Origin: a virus
DNA length: 64,000 nt
IMG/VR virus record: IMGVR_UViG_3300037524_002067
Coordinates: 90,344-154,343 of that record
Strand: one strand, 5' to 3'
The notes under the pieces are model-generated. The model ran no database searches and was not told the origin of the DNA. It saw only the letters and a program-made list of their open reading frames with translations. Positions 9,199-18,746 of this stretch are shown in pieces; within the stretch, counting starts at the first letter, position 1; each line of letters starts with the position of its first letter. The translations under genes were made by a program, and so were the position numbers.

Positions 9199-10059
9199 TT
9201 ATTTTGCTTTTTCTAATTTTTCTTTGTATTTGTTCAAAATTCTTGTAAGCATTGATTTTGTATCGGCTGGCATTTTAGAAACGTTTATTAACCAATCATA
9301 ATATTGCATGTCTTTATAAAGAGATTCTCCGATTGGTTTACCTGGCTGTTCGCCATCTTTAGATGGTCCGTATTTTGTTCCAAAATTAAAAATTGGCACA
9401 CCCTTTTCATTCAATATGATATTACCCTCAATATCTAAAGACTTGATAGATTTATTGAAAACCTTGCTTATGCTCTCAACTGTTGGCTCTATTTTGTTTG
9501 TTGCTTTGGTCTTGTTGTCTGCCAACTCCTTGCCAGAATATTTATCCATCATGTCGTTTAACATTTCAACACACATATTGTTTGTTTCCTCAGAAGAAAT
9601 TGTTTCTATTTTTTTGTTACAGTAGAAACTGCATGCTGATTTAAAATCTCTTGGCTCCATTGTGTGATAAATCTTGGAAAGTTCTATTATTTCTCTTCCA
9701 ACTATATCAAATGGAACATTAACTCTATAAAACTCTTCCGACAATATTTTAAGATCAAAGTACTTTATATTAAATCCCGCAAAATCACACCCCTCTAAAA
9801 ATTTAGATATACCAGTTGCTGCTTCAGCAAAGGTTTTCGAGACTTTCAATTTTTCATTTGTAATACCAGTTATTCTAGTTATTTCATCAGATATTTCTAT
9901 ACCTGGATTAATAAATCTCGTACCAACCTGGGTTGTTCCATCTATGTTTACTTTTAAAATAGATATTTCTATTATCTTATCTGTTTTAACATCTAGACCA
10001 GTGGTTTGAACCTTTATGAATGCGATTGGTTTATTGTGTGTAATTTTTAGCTTTTCCAT
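9199..10059 (-). CDS. DnaQ/Pol III epsilon-like exonuclease, catalytic residues substituted
   Basis: FIKVQTTGLD (ExoI DxE becomes KxQ), INPG, ITGIT, AGFNIKYFD, C-terminal FNFGTKYG; ExoIII HxAxxD not seen. Confidence 0.8.
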   Translation of the reverse strand: MEKLKITHNKPIAFIKVQTTGLDVKTDKIIEISILKVNIDGTTQVGTRFINPGIEISDEITRITGITNEKLKVSKTFAEAATGISKFLEGCDFAGFNIKYFDLKILSEEFYRVNVPFDIVGREIIELSKIYHTMEPRDFKSACSFYCNKKIETISSEETNNMCVEMLNDMMDKYSGKELADNKTKATNKIEPTVESISKVFNKSIKSLDIEGNIILNEKGVPIFNFGTKYGPSKDGEQPGKPIGESLYKDMQYYDWLINVSKMPADTKSMLTRILNKYKEKLEKAK

Positions 10060-10068
10060 AGTGTATTT

Positions 10069-10329
10069 TTAAATCCAATTTCCAGTTATTTCTTTATTTA
10101 ACATTTCAATATCTTTGTCTTCCCACTCTTCCAATATCTCCTCTACAAAAACAACATCATCTTCTTTTGACCAAAATATTCTTATAATATTTGTGTCATC
10201 TATTGTTTTAAACAAAGATCTTGTTTTATCACCACAAATATACAACAATTTTTTACCAGCTTCAACAAAATGTCCATCTTTAAAAATTTTTTGTTCGCGA
10301 AGCTTAAAATACCTAGACAGTTTTTTCAC
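10069..10329 (-). CDS. hypothetical protein
   Basis: ORF overlapping the sigma gene stop by 4 nt. Confidence 0.6.
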   Translation of the reverse strand: MKKLSRYFKLREQKIFKDGHFVEAGKKLLYICGDKTRSLFKTIDDTNIIRIFWSKEDDVVFVEEILEEWEDKDIEMLNKEITGNWI

Positions 10330-11219
10330 GACGTTTTACAACTTAAAAACTCTCTTAATTTATTGCTTTTATTATATGCTCTCAATTTTTTAAGAGCCAA
10401 TTCTTTTATTTGTCTAACTCTTTCATTTGTAAGATTTAATTCATCGCCTATCTCTTTTAAGCCCAACTCTTTAGAGCCATTCAAACCAAAGTACATATTT
10501 AAAATTTGACTCTCTCTTTCAGTGAGAGTATTTAATACAGAATTTATTTCATGTTTTAAAGATTCACTGTTCAGTTTAATATCAATATCTTCCATTGTTT
10601 CTCCTGGTATTATATCAATCATCTCTGAATCTGAATCCTCGCTAATTTTTTGATCAATTGAAAAACATTTTGAACTATCTAAATACGATGTTTTAATCTC
10701 ATCAGATGTAAAATCAGTAATCGCCTGAAGCTCTGCTTGAGTTGGCTCTCTATCTAGCTGTTTAAACAACACCTCTGAAGCTTTGTTTATTTTGCCTATA
10801 ATATTTATCTTGTTAATTGGCAATCTCACCATGCTTCCATTTTCATATATGTATTGCATAATTGATTGACGAACCCACCAAACAGCATAAGAAATAAACT
10901 TGAACCCCTTTGAGGGATCAAATTTATCAACGGCCTTTATTAGCCCTATATTTCCTTCGTTGATCAAATCTTCTGCGGACACATTCCCATATTGGTATTC
11001 CTTTGCGATAGTCAAAACAAATTTCAAATTACACTCCACTAAGTCTTTTAATGCTTTTTGATCTCCTGATTTTGCTCTAATAGCTAACTTAATTTGATCG
11101 TCGCCACTTATATCTTCTATTTTTCTAAGATCTTTAAAATAATTTTTTAAGGATGTGCTACTTCCAGTAATTGAAAGGTCGCTGTGTCCTATTGCCATTT
11201 TTTTGCTTTTGTGCCCCAT
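10326..11219 (-). CDS. rpoD: RNA polymerase sigma70 factor, short RpoD/SigA type lacking region 1.1
   Basis: LVECNLKFV, DLINEGNIGLIKAVDKFDPSKGFKFISYAVWWVRQSI, VRLP, L.EIG..LNLTNERVRQIKELALKKLR. Confidence 0.95.
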   Translation of the reverse strand: MGHKSKKMAIGHSDLSITGSSTSLKNYFKDLRKIEDISGDDQIKLAIRAKSGDQKALKDLVECNLKFVLTIAKEYQYGNVSAEDLINEGNIGLIKAVDKFDPSKGFKFISYAVWWVRQSIMQYIYENGSMVRLPINKINIIGKINKASEVLFKQLDREPTQAELQAITDFTSDEIKTSYLDSSKCFSIDQKISEDSDSEMIDIIPGETMEDIDIKLNSESLKHEINSVLNTLTERESQILNMYFGLNGSKELGLKEIGDELNLTNERVRQIKELALKKLRAYNKSNKLREFLSCKTS

Positions 11220-11233
11220 GTGTGTGTTATTTT

Positions 11234-11518
11234 TTAATCATTCCAATTTAATTTTGCTATAAAACTTTGAAATTTTTTCCAGCTGTCTTCATTCAAAATG
11301 AACATTTCAGATTTTACAACATTTTCTTTAGATTCATCTAATCCAACCACAGTTAAAGATATGTGCCTTGTTTCTACGCCTCTTTCTTTAAAACTTTGAA
11401 GGTCTATTTCTAAAAACCCAGCGTCTGGACTACCAAGTTTACAATATGTTCCATTTTCTTCAAACACAACACTTGCATCTACTGTTATATCTGAGTTTTT
11501 GTTTTCGTTATTTTCCAT
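11234..11518 (-). CDS. hypothetical protein, first gene of the sigma-dnaQ-uvrD operon
   Basis: ORF downstream of a consensus promoter. Confidence 0.7.
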   Translation of the reverse strand: MENNENKNSDITVDASVVFEENGTYCKLGSPDAGFLEIDLQSFKERGVETRHISLTVVGLDESKENVVKSEMFILNEDSWKKFQSFIAKLNWND

Positions 11519-11546
11519 AAATTTTGTTGTTAAAAATAGTTACTAC

Positions 11547-11578
11547 CAAATATAATAATATTTTTAGTAACTAGCAAA
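11547..11578 (-). promoter_or_regulatory. Bacteroidetes-type primary-sigma promoter TTTG-N20-TATATTTG
   Basis: -33 TTTG at 11575-11578, -7 TATATTTG at 11547-11554, 20-nt spacer. Confidence 0.75.
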
Positions 11579-11794
11579 TTAAACTAGACGTTTTTTAAAT
11601 AAAAGCTAGACCAAACAACAAGCTAAAATTGCTATTCTTTGAGAAACGATGTTTGTGATAAATTTTTATATTTTTTATTACAGATGCCGATAAGGATCTA
11701 ATGGGGGATTCTTTTTTTTTCATACCAAGTAAGTGCTTCTTCAAAACCAAATAAATTTGTTTTCCAGGTTAAACCTGTGTTATTAATAGTAATT

Positions 11795-12142
11795 TTAAAA
11801 TCTATCTTTATATTTCAATATCTTTTGCATTTTTACAGCATCTAAAACAATACCCTGGCCACGATCAAGAACAATGTTGTATTCTTTAGAAATTGCGGTT
11901 TCAAGTTCTTCAAAACTCATTCTAGTTCCATTAATATCAAAACCTCTTTCAGAAAAAACAACCTCAAAAGGGTTTCCAGTACTTTTGTCAAAAACAACCT
12001 TTGTTGGCTTAACTGGTGGCTTTTCAGAAATGGGTTGAGCCAAACTAGGAGCTTCTATATCACCTTTTGCTTGCTCGCTCAAAACACTTCTCAATTGAAT
12101 CAAAAAACTAGATAATTCTTTATTTATATCCTTTGAATGCAT
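11795..12142 (-). CDS. hypothetical, putative head protein
   Basis: LRSVLSEQ motif; TATTTATA 4 nt upstream. Confidence 0.7.
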   Translation of the reverse strand: MHSKDINKELSSFLIQLRSVLSEQAKGDIEAPSLAQPISEKPPVKPTKVVFDKSTGNPFEVVFSERGFDINGTRMSFEELETAISKEYNIVLDRGQGIVLDAVKMQKILKYKDRF

Positions 12143-12146
12143 ATAC

Positions 12147-12154
12147 TATAAATA
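12147..12154 (-). promoter_or_regulatory. putative late promoter TATTTATA
   Basis: Lies between a terminator and the ATG. Confidence 0.55.
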
Positions 12155-12169
12155 GTGTGTAATTTTAAA

Positions 12170-12207
12170 AAAATAAGCCTGTTATAAAAATATAACAGGC
12201 TTATTTT
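12170..12207. terminator. intrinsic terminator (17-bp perfect stem)
   Basis: AAAATAAGCCTGTTATA / TATAACAGGCTTATTTT. Confidence 0.85.
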
Positions 12208-12223
12208 CAACAAAATAAAGCTT

Positions 12224-12421
12224 TTATTTGGTTAAATCACCTCTTGATTGCAAAAGCTTGTTTAACATCTCTTGTTGTTTTTGAAGTTCTTGCTTTTTTC
12301 TTAAAGCTAATTTAAGTTTTTTAGCACCTTTTTCGGATTGCGTTAGCTTTAATCTATCGCTTCTTTTTTTTCCTCTCTTAGCTTCTGCCCTTCTGGCTTC
12401 TATACTTTTTGGTTTTTTCAT
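12224..12421 (-). CDS. small basic protein
   Basis: K/R-rich, MKKPKSIEARRAEAKRGKKRS; start trimmed to ATG 12421. Confidence 0.6.
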   Translation of the reverse strand: MKKPKSIEARRAEAKRGKKRSDRLKLTQSEKGAKKLKLALRKKQELQKQQEMLNKLLQSRGDLTK

Positions 12422-12473
12422 GGTTTGTGTTTTTATAAAAATTAAACACAAGTCAAAATAAAACAAATAGTTT

Positions 12474-13244
12474 TTACAATTTTCTCATTGACGGTATTAA
12501 ATGAGCGTGAAAATCAATATTTGGAAAAGTTAATTCAACAGCATCTTGAACAGCTCTTAACCATTCCTCTCTATCTTCATAAAAATGAACTTCTTCCCAG
12601 TTGTTATCTTTAATAGATTGTAAAATAGTCTCAACTTTATATTTTTTTACAGAGCCATTTCCCCCTTTAAATAAATACAATCCAAAGTTTGGAAAAGGCA
12701 AACCTAAATCAAACAACCTTTTATCAACAACAGCTCTTAATTTTTCTGGTCTACCAGTTACAATCATTCTGTTTTTTGCTGCTTTATAGTCATTATAAAC
12801 TTTGCTATTTATATATCTACCAACAGTAGAGGGGTTATCGTGAAAACCAGAAATGTTGTTTATAACAACATGTCCATCTTCTTCTCCTATAGATCTAACC
12901 ACATCTTTTAAATAAGAGTCTTTTAATCCGTATTTAGACATACTTTCTGGTGTAAGCTCACTTATATAGCCAATATAATCTGTGGACAAAGGAGAGCTTG
13001 TTTTTGAGTCGTATAAGACTATAAAATCTCCAACAACCAAAAAATAAACCTCTTTTGAGAACACAATATAAAAAAAGGATTTTATTCTTTTCAACACCTC
13101 AATAAAATTTTTATCATGCTCATCAATACCTGGATATAAATCAAGTTTAACAACATTATTTTTGTCTACCATTGCAAAATCTGCAAATGTTGGAGTAAGT
13201 AAAATCGTGTCATCCAAATCGAATATATCAACTCTTTTTTTCAT
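12474..13244 (-). CDS. HAD-superfamily hydrolase (RNA-repair-type HAD-like)
   Basis: Motif I DIFDLDDT, IVTGR, K, FYEDR. Confidence 0.8.
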   Translation of the reverse strand: MKKRVDIFDLDDTILLTPTFADFAMVDKNNVVKLDLYPGIDEHDKNFIEVLKRIKSFFYIVFSKEVYFLVVGDFIVLYDSKTSSPLSTDYIGYISELTPESMSKYGLKDSYLKDVVRSIGEEDGHVVINNISGFHDNPSTVGRYINSKVYNDYKAAKNRMIVTGRPEKLRAVVDKRLFDLGLPFPNFGLYLFKGGNGSVKKYKVETILQSIKDNNWEEVHFYEDREEWLRAVQDAVELTFPNIDFHAHLIPSMRKL

Positions 13245-13291
13245 TTCCTAATTATAATTAGTTACAAAAATAGTCTTTAATAATCAAATAA

Positions 13292-13320
13292 AAAAACCAG
13301 ACCGTATTAGCCTGGTTTTT
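13292..13320 (-). terminator. intrinsic terminator after nrdJ
   Basis: AAAAACCAGGC..GTCTGGTTTTTT on the minus strand. Confidence 0.75.
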
Positions 13321-13337
13321 AAGTAAAAATTATAAAA

Positions 13338-16300
13338 TTAACCACATTTGCTCGTTCCACAAGATGCGCACTTGAGGCACCCCTCCGAAAAGATAATGCT
13401 ATCTTCTGCTCCGCAATTTGTGCAGTTTGCACCTTTAAGTTTAGTGCCTTCTGATATGTATTTTTTAATACCTCTAACTACACCAGCTTTCCACGTTGTC
13501 AACGCTTCCTCCCCAAGATTTAAACTCTCTACTAGATTAATTACATATGGTAATGGCATTCCATGTCTCAAGATACCAGAAATCATTTTGGCATAATTGT
13601 GATAATCATGGTTAAAAGCTTTTGAAAGGCCTTCGATGATCATTACGTCATCTGTTTTGTGGTTTATTATAAAATCATATCTTGACTCACCATCAATTTT
13701 TAATCTTCTTATAACACCATTTTCAATTGATTTTGGTATTTTAAATTCATCTTCTCTACCAGTAAAAATTTCATAAGGTCTACCCTCAAACAACCCAACA
13801 AAAGCTATCCACTTCTCGCCCTTGTTTGTGAATCTGTGAACATCAGCATCTAAAAACTTTGGTCTTTTAGGCGCATGACTATCTTCAAACATTTTTTCTT
13901 TTTGTTTTTCTTTCTTTTCTGTTTCACTTACAAGAACACCACTTCTAGAACCTTCTCTGTAAACAGTAACACCCTTACAACCACTTCTCCAACCAGTTTC
14001 ATAAACTTTAGCAACAGTTTCTTCTGAAATGTCTTCTGGCAAATTAACGGTAACAGAGATAGAGTGATCGACATGTTTTTGAACCATTCCCTGCATTTCC
14101 ACTTTTTTCACCCAATCAACATCGTTTGATGTTGCTTTATAGTAAGGAGATTTTTTAATAATTTTTTCAATGTCTTCTTTTGGCATATTTATAACCTCGT
14201 TAACGTTATAGCCATTTGCTTCAAGATAAACCAAAAACTTATGATGAAACACTGGATATTCTTGCCAAGAATCACCAACGCTATCTGTAAAATCAACTCT
14301 AGCATTTTTGTCATTTGGGTTTATCTTTCTCCTTCTCATGTACATAATCATGAAAGCTGGCTCAATACCAGAAGTTGTTTGAGTTAAAATAGATACCGAT
14401 CCAGTTGGCGCAATTGTTAGAAGAGCAATATTTCTTCTGCCATATTTTACCATATTCTCATATAATTCAGCATCCTCTTTTTTAATTCTGAGAATAAACG
14501 GATTGTTTTTTTCTTTTTCCCAATCATAAATAGGGAAAGCGCCTCTTTCTTTAGCCAACTCAACAGAGCTTGCGTATGCAGCAAGCTTTAAGTTTTTGTG
14601 AACTTTTTCAGCAAATTTATTTCCCTCATCGGTTCCATAAATAATACCAAGAGCAGCCATCATATCCCCCTCAGCAGTAACACCGAGACCAGTTCTTCTA
14701 CCTTGTATACACTTATTTTTTATATTTGTCCACAGTTTGATTTCTGCTCTTTTAATTTCTTCTTCCTCTGGATCGCTGTTTATTTTTCCTAATATCTTAT
14801 CAATTTTTTCTAACTCTAATTCAATAAGGTCATCCATTAAACGTTGAGCAATAACTACATGCTTTTTAAATAATTCAAAATTAAATTTGGCTTTATCTGT
14901 AAAAGGATTTTCAACATAAGAATAAAGATTTAAAATAAGCAATCGACATGAATCATTCGGACATAGTGTGATTTCACCACAATTATGAGTCACAATACCA
15001 TTTGCTTCAAACTTGTTAATGCCAGTTATTTGACAATCATACACATCTTCATATCCAGCTTCTACGATAGATTCTATTTCATCACAAAATCTTTCTCTAT
15101 ACAATCCTCTTAAATTTAAATTACTAATAGCCTCATTTAGTTTTTTGCTTTTTACCTCATCTTTAAAACCTATAACTTGATTAAAAATATCAACATTGTC
15201 TTTAGAAATAATCAATTCGTGTTGTGCATTAACAAAATAATCTTTTTGCCCACCTTTTCCATTTGGCATAGCCTTAAACCCGCCTGTTCTCCTATTTTCA
15301 TAGACACTGGAAATTATACCGAATCTTGATAACATTCTTTGTATTGAATATAGATTATTTAAATCAGAAGAGGCAAGTCTAACGTTAATTCCTTTTTCCA
15401 GATTATCATTTACTGTTCCATCAGCATCAAAAATTCCAGATATAAACCCTATTTGAAAATTGCTACTAGTTTTTTCTATTTTTTCAGATATATGCTTGTT
15501 GACAACCTCTAACTCCTTAGCAAGTTTAAACACTTCTGAACTGCCAATTCTTACCTTGTGCATTATTTCTTCGTTAAACAAATTATCCCCACTTCCTAAA
15601 TCGTTTCTGTGTTTAAAATTGTTTTTTATCAAAGAAATAGCGTATTCTTTCATTTCGTTCCTATTATCTCCCCAATACTCAAAAATAGCTCTCTTAGAAT
15701 CAAAAGTGCCATCTCCTATTAAATTACCAATAAGCCACCCCTGTTCTGAATTGCCAAAACCCTTCCAATTATTTTCTCTGTTGTTAGAGATATTTATTTT
15801 ATCTCCCACATTTAAGTATTTAACTTCACACCATTCTGTGTGTTTTTTATCTCTACTTATATCCACAACCCTTTCAAGCTCATGATTGTGAGTAGCTCTA
15901 ATTGAGTATCCTCTTTTGGTTTTTACTTCATAAACCTTTTTATGACCAGTTAGAAAAAAACCTTCTGCAGTAGAGGGAGACATAACCCCATCAACAATAG
16001 CATTAAATTGTTTTCCTAATAAATCTTTTACTTGACGTGGACCACAATCAGTTAAAATCCATGTGTCTCCTGGAATACAAGGGTTCGTGCTTGTTGTTTT
16101 AAAACCAAGATCAGCATAACAATCTGGAATTGACTCTCTAATAATTGTGTCCCAAAATAAAACACCTGGCTCCGCTCTTTTCCAGGCATTATGAATAACT
16201 TTTTTCCACAAAGGAGAGGCTTCAATCTCTTTTGTATATTTTGGGGTGTTCGAATCAATTGGATATTTTTGTGTAAACTTATTTTCTGACAATGCGGCTT

Positions 16301-17000
16301 TCATAAAATCATCAGAAACTCTTACTGACACATTTGCGCCAGTAACTTTTTTCTCATCCATTTTCGCGTCAATAAAAGCCTCTGAATCAGGGTGCACAAT
16401 AGAAATAGATTCCATAAGAGCCCCTCTTCTTCCGTCTTGCGCAACCTCTCTTGTAGAGTTAGAAAAACGTTCCATAAAAGGAACGACACCAGTTGATGTT
16501 AATGCTGAGTTTTTTACTGGCGTACCTTTTGGTCTAACAAAAGAAAGATCTAAGCCAACACCAGCCCTTCTTTTCATTAGTTGCACTAATTCCTGATCCA
16601 ACTTCAATATTCCACCATATGAATCAGAATCTTTGTCGTTGCCTATTACAAAACAATTTGACAATGATACATATTGAAAATCGTTACCGATTCCAGCCAT
16701 TGGACTCCCCTGAGGGACTAGATATTTAAAATCTTTTATCAAGCTGTATATCTCTTCCTCAGATAAAGGGTTTTCAAATTTTGATTCTGCTCTCGCAAAT
16801 TCTCTAGCTATTCTCTTGTGCATATCATCTGGTGTAAGCTCAAAAATATTCTCGTTAGAATCTTTTAAAGCATATTTATTTACCCAAACTTCTGCTGCCA
16901 AACTGTCTCCATTAAAGTATTTTAAAGACGCTTCTATAGCTTGTTCTCTTGTATAAATCTCTTGTTTTTTTTCTGTTTTTGTTAATGTATTTTGTTCCAT
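13338..17000 (-). CDS. nrdJ: class II (adenosylcobalamin) ribonucleotide reductase with intein
   Basis: SLSNCFV, QDGRRGALM, GANVSV, AEPGVLFWD, TNP[intein]CGE, RRTGLG, IAPTGS, TSGIEP, KGVTVYREGSR, C-terminal Zn ribbon CTNC..CASC. Confidence 0.95.
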   Translation of the reverse strand: MEQNTLTKTEKKQEIYTREQAIEASLKYFNGDSLAAEVWVNKYALKDSNENIFELTPDDMHKRIAREFARAESKFENPLSEEEIYSLIKDFKYLVPQGSPMAGIGNDFQYVSLSNCFVIGNDKDSDSYGGILKLDQELVQLMKRRAGVGLDLSFVRPKGTPVKNSALTSTGVVPFMERFSNSTREVAQDGRRGALMESISIVHPDSEAFIDAKMDEKKVTGANVSVRVSDDFMKAALSENKFTQKYPIDSNTPKYTKEIEASPLWKKVIHNAWKRAEPGVLFWDTIIRESIPDCYADLGFKTTSTNPCIPGDTWILTDCGPRQVKDLLGKQFNAIVDGVMSPSTAEGFFLTGHKKVYEVKTKRGYSIRATHNHELERVVDISRDKKHTEWCEVKYLNVGDKINISNNRENNWKGFGNSEQGWLIGNLIGDGTFDSKRAIFEYWGDNRNEMKEYAISLIKNNFKHRNDLGSGDNLFNEEIMHKVRIGSSEVFKLAKELEVVNKHISEKIEKTSSNFQIGFISGIFDADGTVNDNLEKGINVRLASSDLNNLYSIQRMLSRFGIISSVYENRRTGGFKAMPNGKGGQKDYFVNAQHELIISKDNVDIFNQVIGFKDEVKSKKLNEAISNLNLRGLYRERFCDEIESIVEAGYEDVYDCQITGINKFEANGIVTHNCGEITLCPNDSCRLLILNLYSYVENPFTDKAKFNFELFKKHVVIAQRLMDDLIELELEKIDKILGKINSDPEEEEIKRAEIKLWTNIKNKCIQGRRTGLGVTAEGDMMAALGIIYGTDEGNKFAEKVHKNLKLAAYASSVELAKERGAFPIYDWEKEKNNPFILRIKKEDAELYENMVKYGRRNIALLTIAPTGSVSILTQTTSGIEPAFMIMYMRRRKINPNDKNARVDFTDSVGDSWQEYPVFHHKFLVYLEANGYNVNEVINMPKEDIEKIIKKSPYYKATSNDVDWVKKVEMQGMVQKHVDHSISVTVNLPEDISEETVAKVYETGWRSGCKGVTVYREGSRSGVLVSETEKKEKQKEKMFEDSHAPKRPKFLDADVHRFTNKGEKWIAFVGLFEGRPYEIFTGREDEFKIPKSIENGVIRRLKIDGESRYDFIINHKTDDVMIIEGLSKAFNHDYHNYAKMISGILRHGMPLPYVINLVESLNLGEEALTTWKAGVVRGIKKYISEGTKLKGANCTNCGAEDSIIFSEGCLKCASCGTSKCG
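14982..16079 (-). mobile_element. intein with LAGLIDADG homing endonuclease in NrdJ (366 aa)
   Basis: Starts CIPGDTWILT, block B IRATHNH, LIGNLIGDG and FISGIFDADG, ends VYD..NGIVTHN followed by catalytic C of NPCGE. Confidence 0.95.
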
Positions 17001-17062
17001 ATTTTAATTTTTTAAAGGGGTAAAAATAAATAAAAGTAAATTTTGTTTTTTGTCGGTTTTTT

Positions 17063-18493
17063 TTATTTTATTCGGCTAGTAAGCATTATCTCGTTGATTG
17101 CTAAGTTGATATTATTTTCAGGAAAATTTTCGCTTTCTGTTGTTTTTTTATTTTTTTGATTTTTTTTCATCATTAAATCACCAGGTTGAACTTTTTTAAG
17201 CTCTATGTGTATTTTTCTTGTGTCAAATTCTGCTGGTAAATGGAAGCCGTCGTTGCCATTTCTGTTTTTAAGAATTCCTATAGTTGCCTTTTGTTCTAAT
17301 TTATCATCTGATGTTCTACCAATACCAATAACAACATCCGCCGCTCTTGCATTACCCAATGACTCACCAATGGTTTTTAATGATATTTCTTCTTGATCCA
17401 TACCCTCTCTGTTTGTTTGAGCAGCATTCCAAACTGGCACATTCAACTCAACCGCCATACCTCTGATTCCAATATAAATACTATCTAAAGAGTGTCTTTT
17501 TTCACTATAATTGTCTGTTGGCTTTAATAAATCCCCATAATCAATAAAAATAATATCTGGAATAAAACCTTCGTTTATTTGTAGCTGTTTTGTGTGTGAA
17601 ATAAGATTGGCTACAGTCGCTTGTCCAGTTGGGAAAGACTTAATAATTAAATCACCACCTATTTCTTTTAACTCTTCTATTTTTTCACAAATAACATCCG
17701 TGAACTCCCAAACTTCTTTAATTGGAATTTGATTAATACAAGAATCAAATCTATTTCCAACAGCTCCCTCAGAAAGCTCTAAAGTATAATACAAAACTTT
17801 TTTACCATTCAAAAAAGCTGTTGTTGCAAATTTAACCAACATCATTGATTTACCCCCACCAGTTGGCGCTAAAACAATACCCATTTCACCAGGCGATAAA
17901 CCATTACCTATATATTCATCTAGTGACGGCATTGCGGAAATAGGTTTTCTAAAATCACCTTTTAAACGTTTTTCAGCATCTTTTATATAGCTATGACCAC
18001 CCTGTTTTGGTTCACCAGCTCTAAGAGCTTCTTCAAGAGTGGCCTTCATGGAATCATAATTTTGCTTTCTCCAATCTGCCACCATTTTTTTAATACAATT
18101 TTTTACACTTCTTTCCTTAAAATATCTGTAAATAGAATCTTTGATATGTCTTGCATTTTCGGGTTTCGCTTTTTCAATGTTTTCTATAAGACCAATTAGA
18201 TGATCTTTTGTTAAACCTTTTTCTTTTTCGTTTATAATATCTCTTAACGTAGAAAAACTAGCTATTTCCTTATATTTAGAAAAAAATTTTAATTCATAAT
18301 CCAACAATATTTTCTGATAACTGTCGAAATAATCTACTTGAACTATATCTATTATTTGATTTGAAAACCCTTCTTTGTCAGTTATAAAAATATTTAAAAA
18401 CCTATTTTGATAATTAACATCAAATGGTGTAATATTATCTTCTTCTAAAAAAGAACTTATGTCTTCTGTTATATTGTTGTTATTGTTGTTCAT
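17063..18493 (-). CDS. DnaB/T4 gp41-like replicative helicase
   Basis: APTGGGKS, YYTLEL, IFIDYGDLL, AAQTNR, LKNRNG. Confidence 0.92.
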   Translation of the reverse strand: MNNNNNNITEDISSFLEEDNITPFDVNYQNRFLNIFITDKEGFSNQIIDIVQVDYFDSYQKILLDYELKFFSKYKEIASFSTLRDIINEKEKGLTKDHLIGLIENIEKAKPENARHIKDSIYRYFKERSVKNCIKKMVADWRKQNYDSMKATLEEALRAGEPKQGGHSYIKDAEKRLKGDFRKPISAMPSLDEYIGNGLSPGEMGIVLAPTGGGKSMMLVKFATTAFLNGKKVLYYTLELSEGAVGNRFDSCINQIPIKEVWEFTDVICEKIEELKEIGGDLIIKSFPTGQATVANLISHTKQLQINEGFIPDIIFIDYGDLLKPTDNYSEKRHSLDSIYIGIRGMAVELNVPVWNAAQTNREGMDQEEISLKTIGESLGNARAADVVIGIGRTSDDKLEQKATIGILKNRNGNDGFHLPAEFDTRKIHIELKKVQPGDLMMKKNQKNKKTTESENFPENNINLAINEIMLTSRIK

Positions 18494-18746
18494 TTTTATT
18501 TAAATCTTTATTCGCGTCTCTCCATATTCTTTCTTTGTGAACCTCGTTTATTTTCTCCTCTAATTTGTTGGTCATGTCTTTAAAAAAATAATACAATCTA
18601 AGATCCTCATCTTCAACTATACCAACAGCATAATCTGGAACATCTAACTTTGCTTCGTGTATTACTTTTTTGTTTAGTTCAAGTTTAAAAACAAATTCAT
18701 CTTTAGAATTTATTTCTTCTAATTTTTCCAAAATACCTTTACTCAT
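18480..18746 (-). CDS. hypothetical protein
   Basis: ORF overlapping both neighbours (operon coupling). Confidence 0.65.
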   Translation of the reverse strand: MSKGILEKLEEINSKDEFVFKLELNKKVIHEAKLDVPDYAVGIVEDEDLRLYYFFKDMTNKLEEKINEVHKERIWRDANKDLNKNEQQ

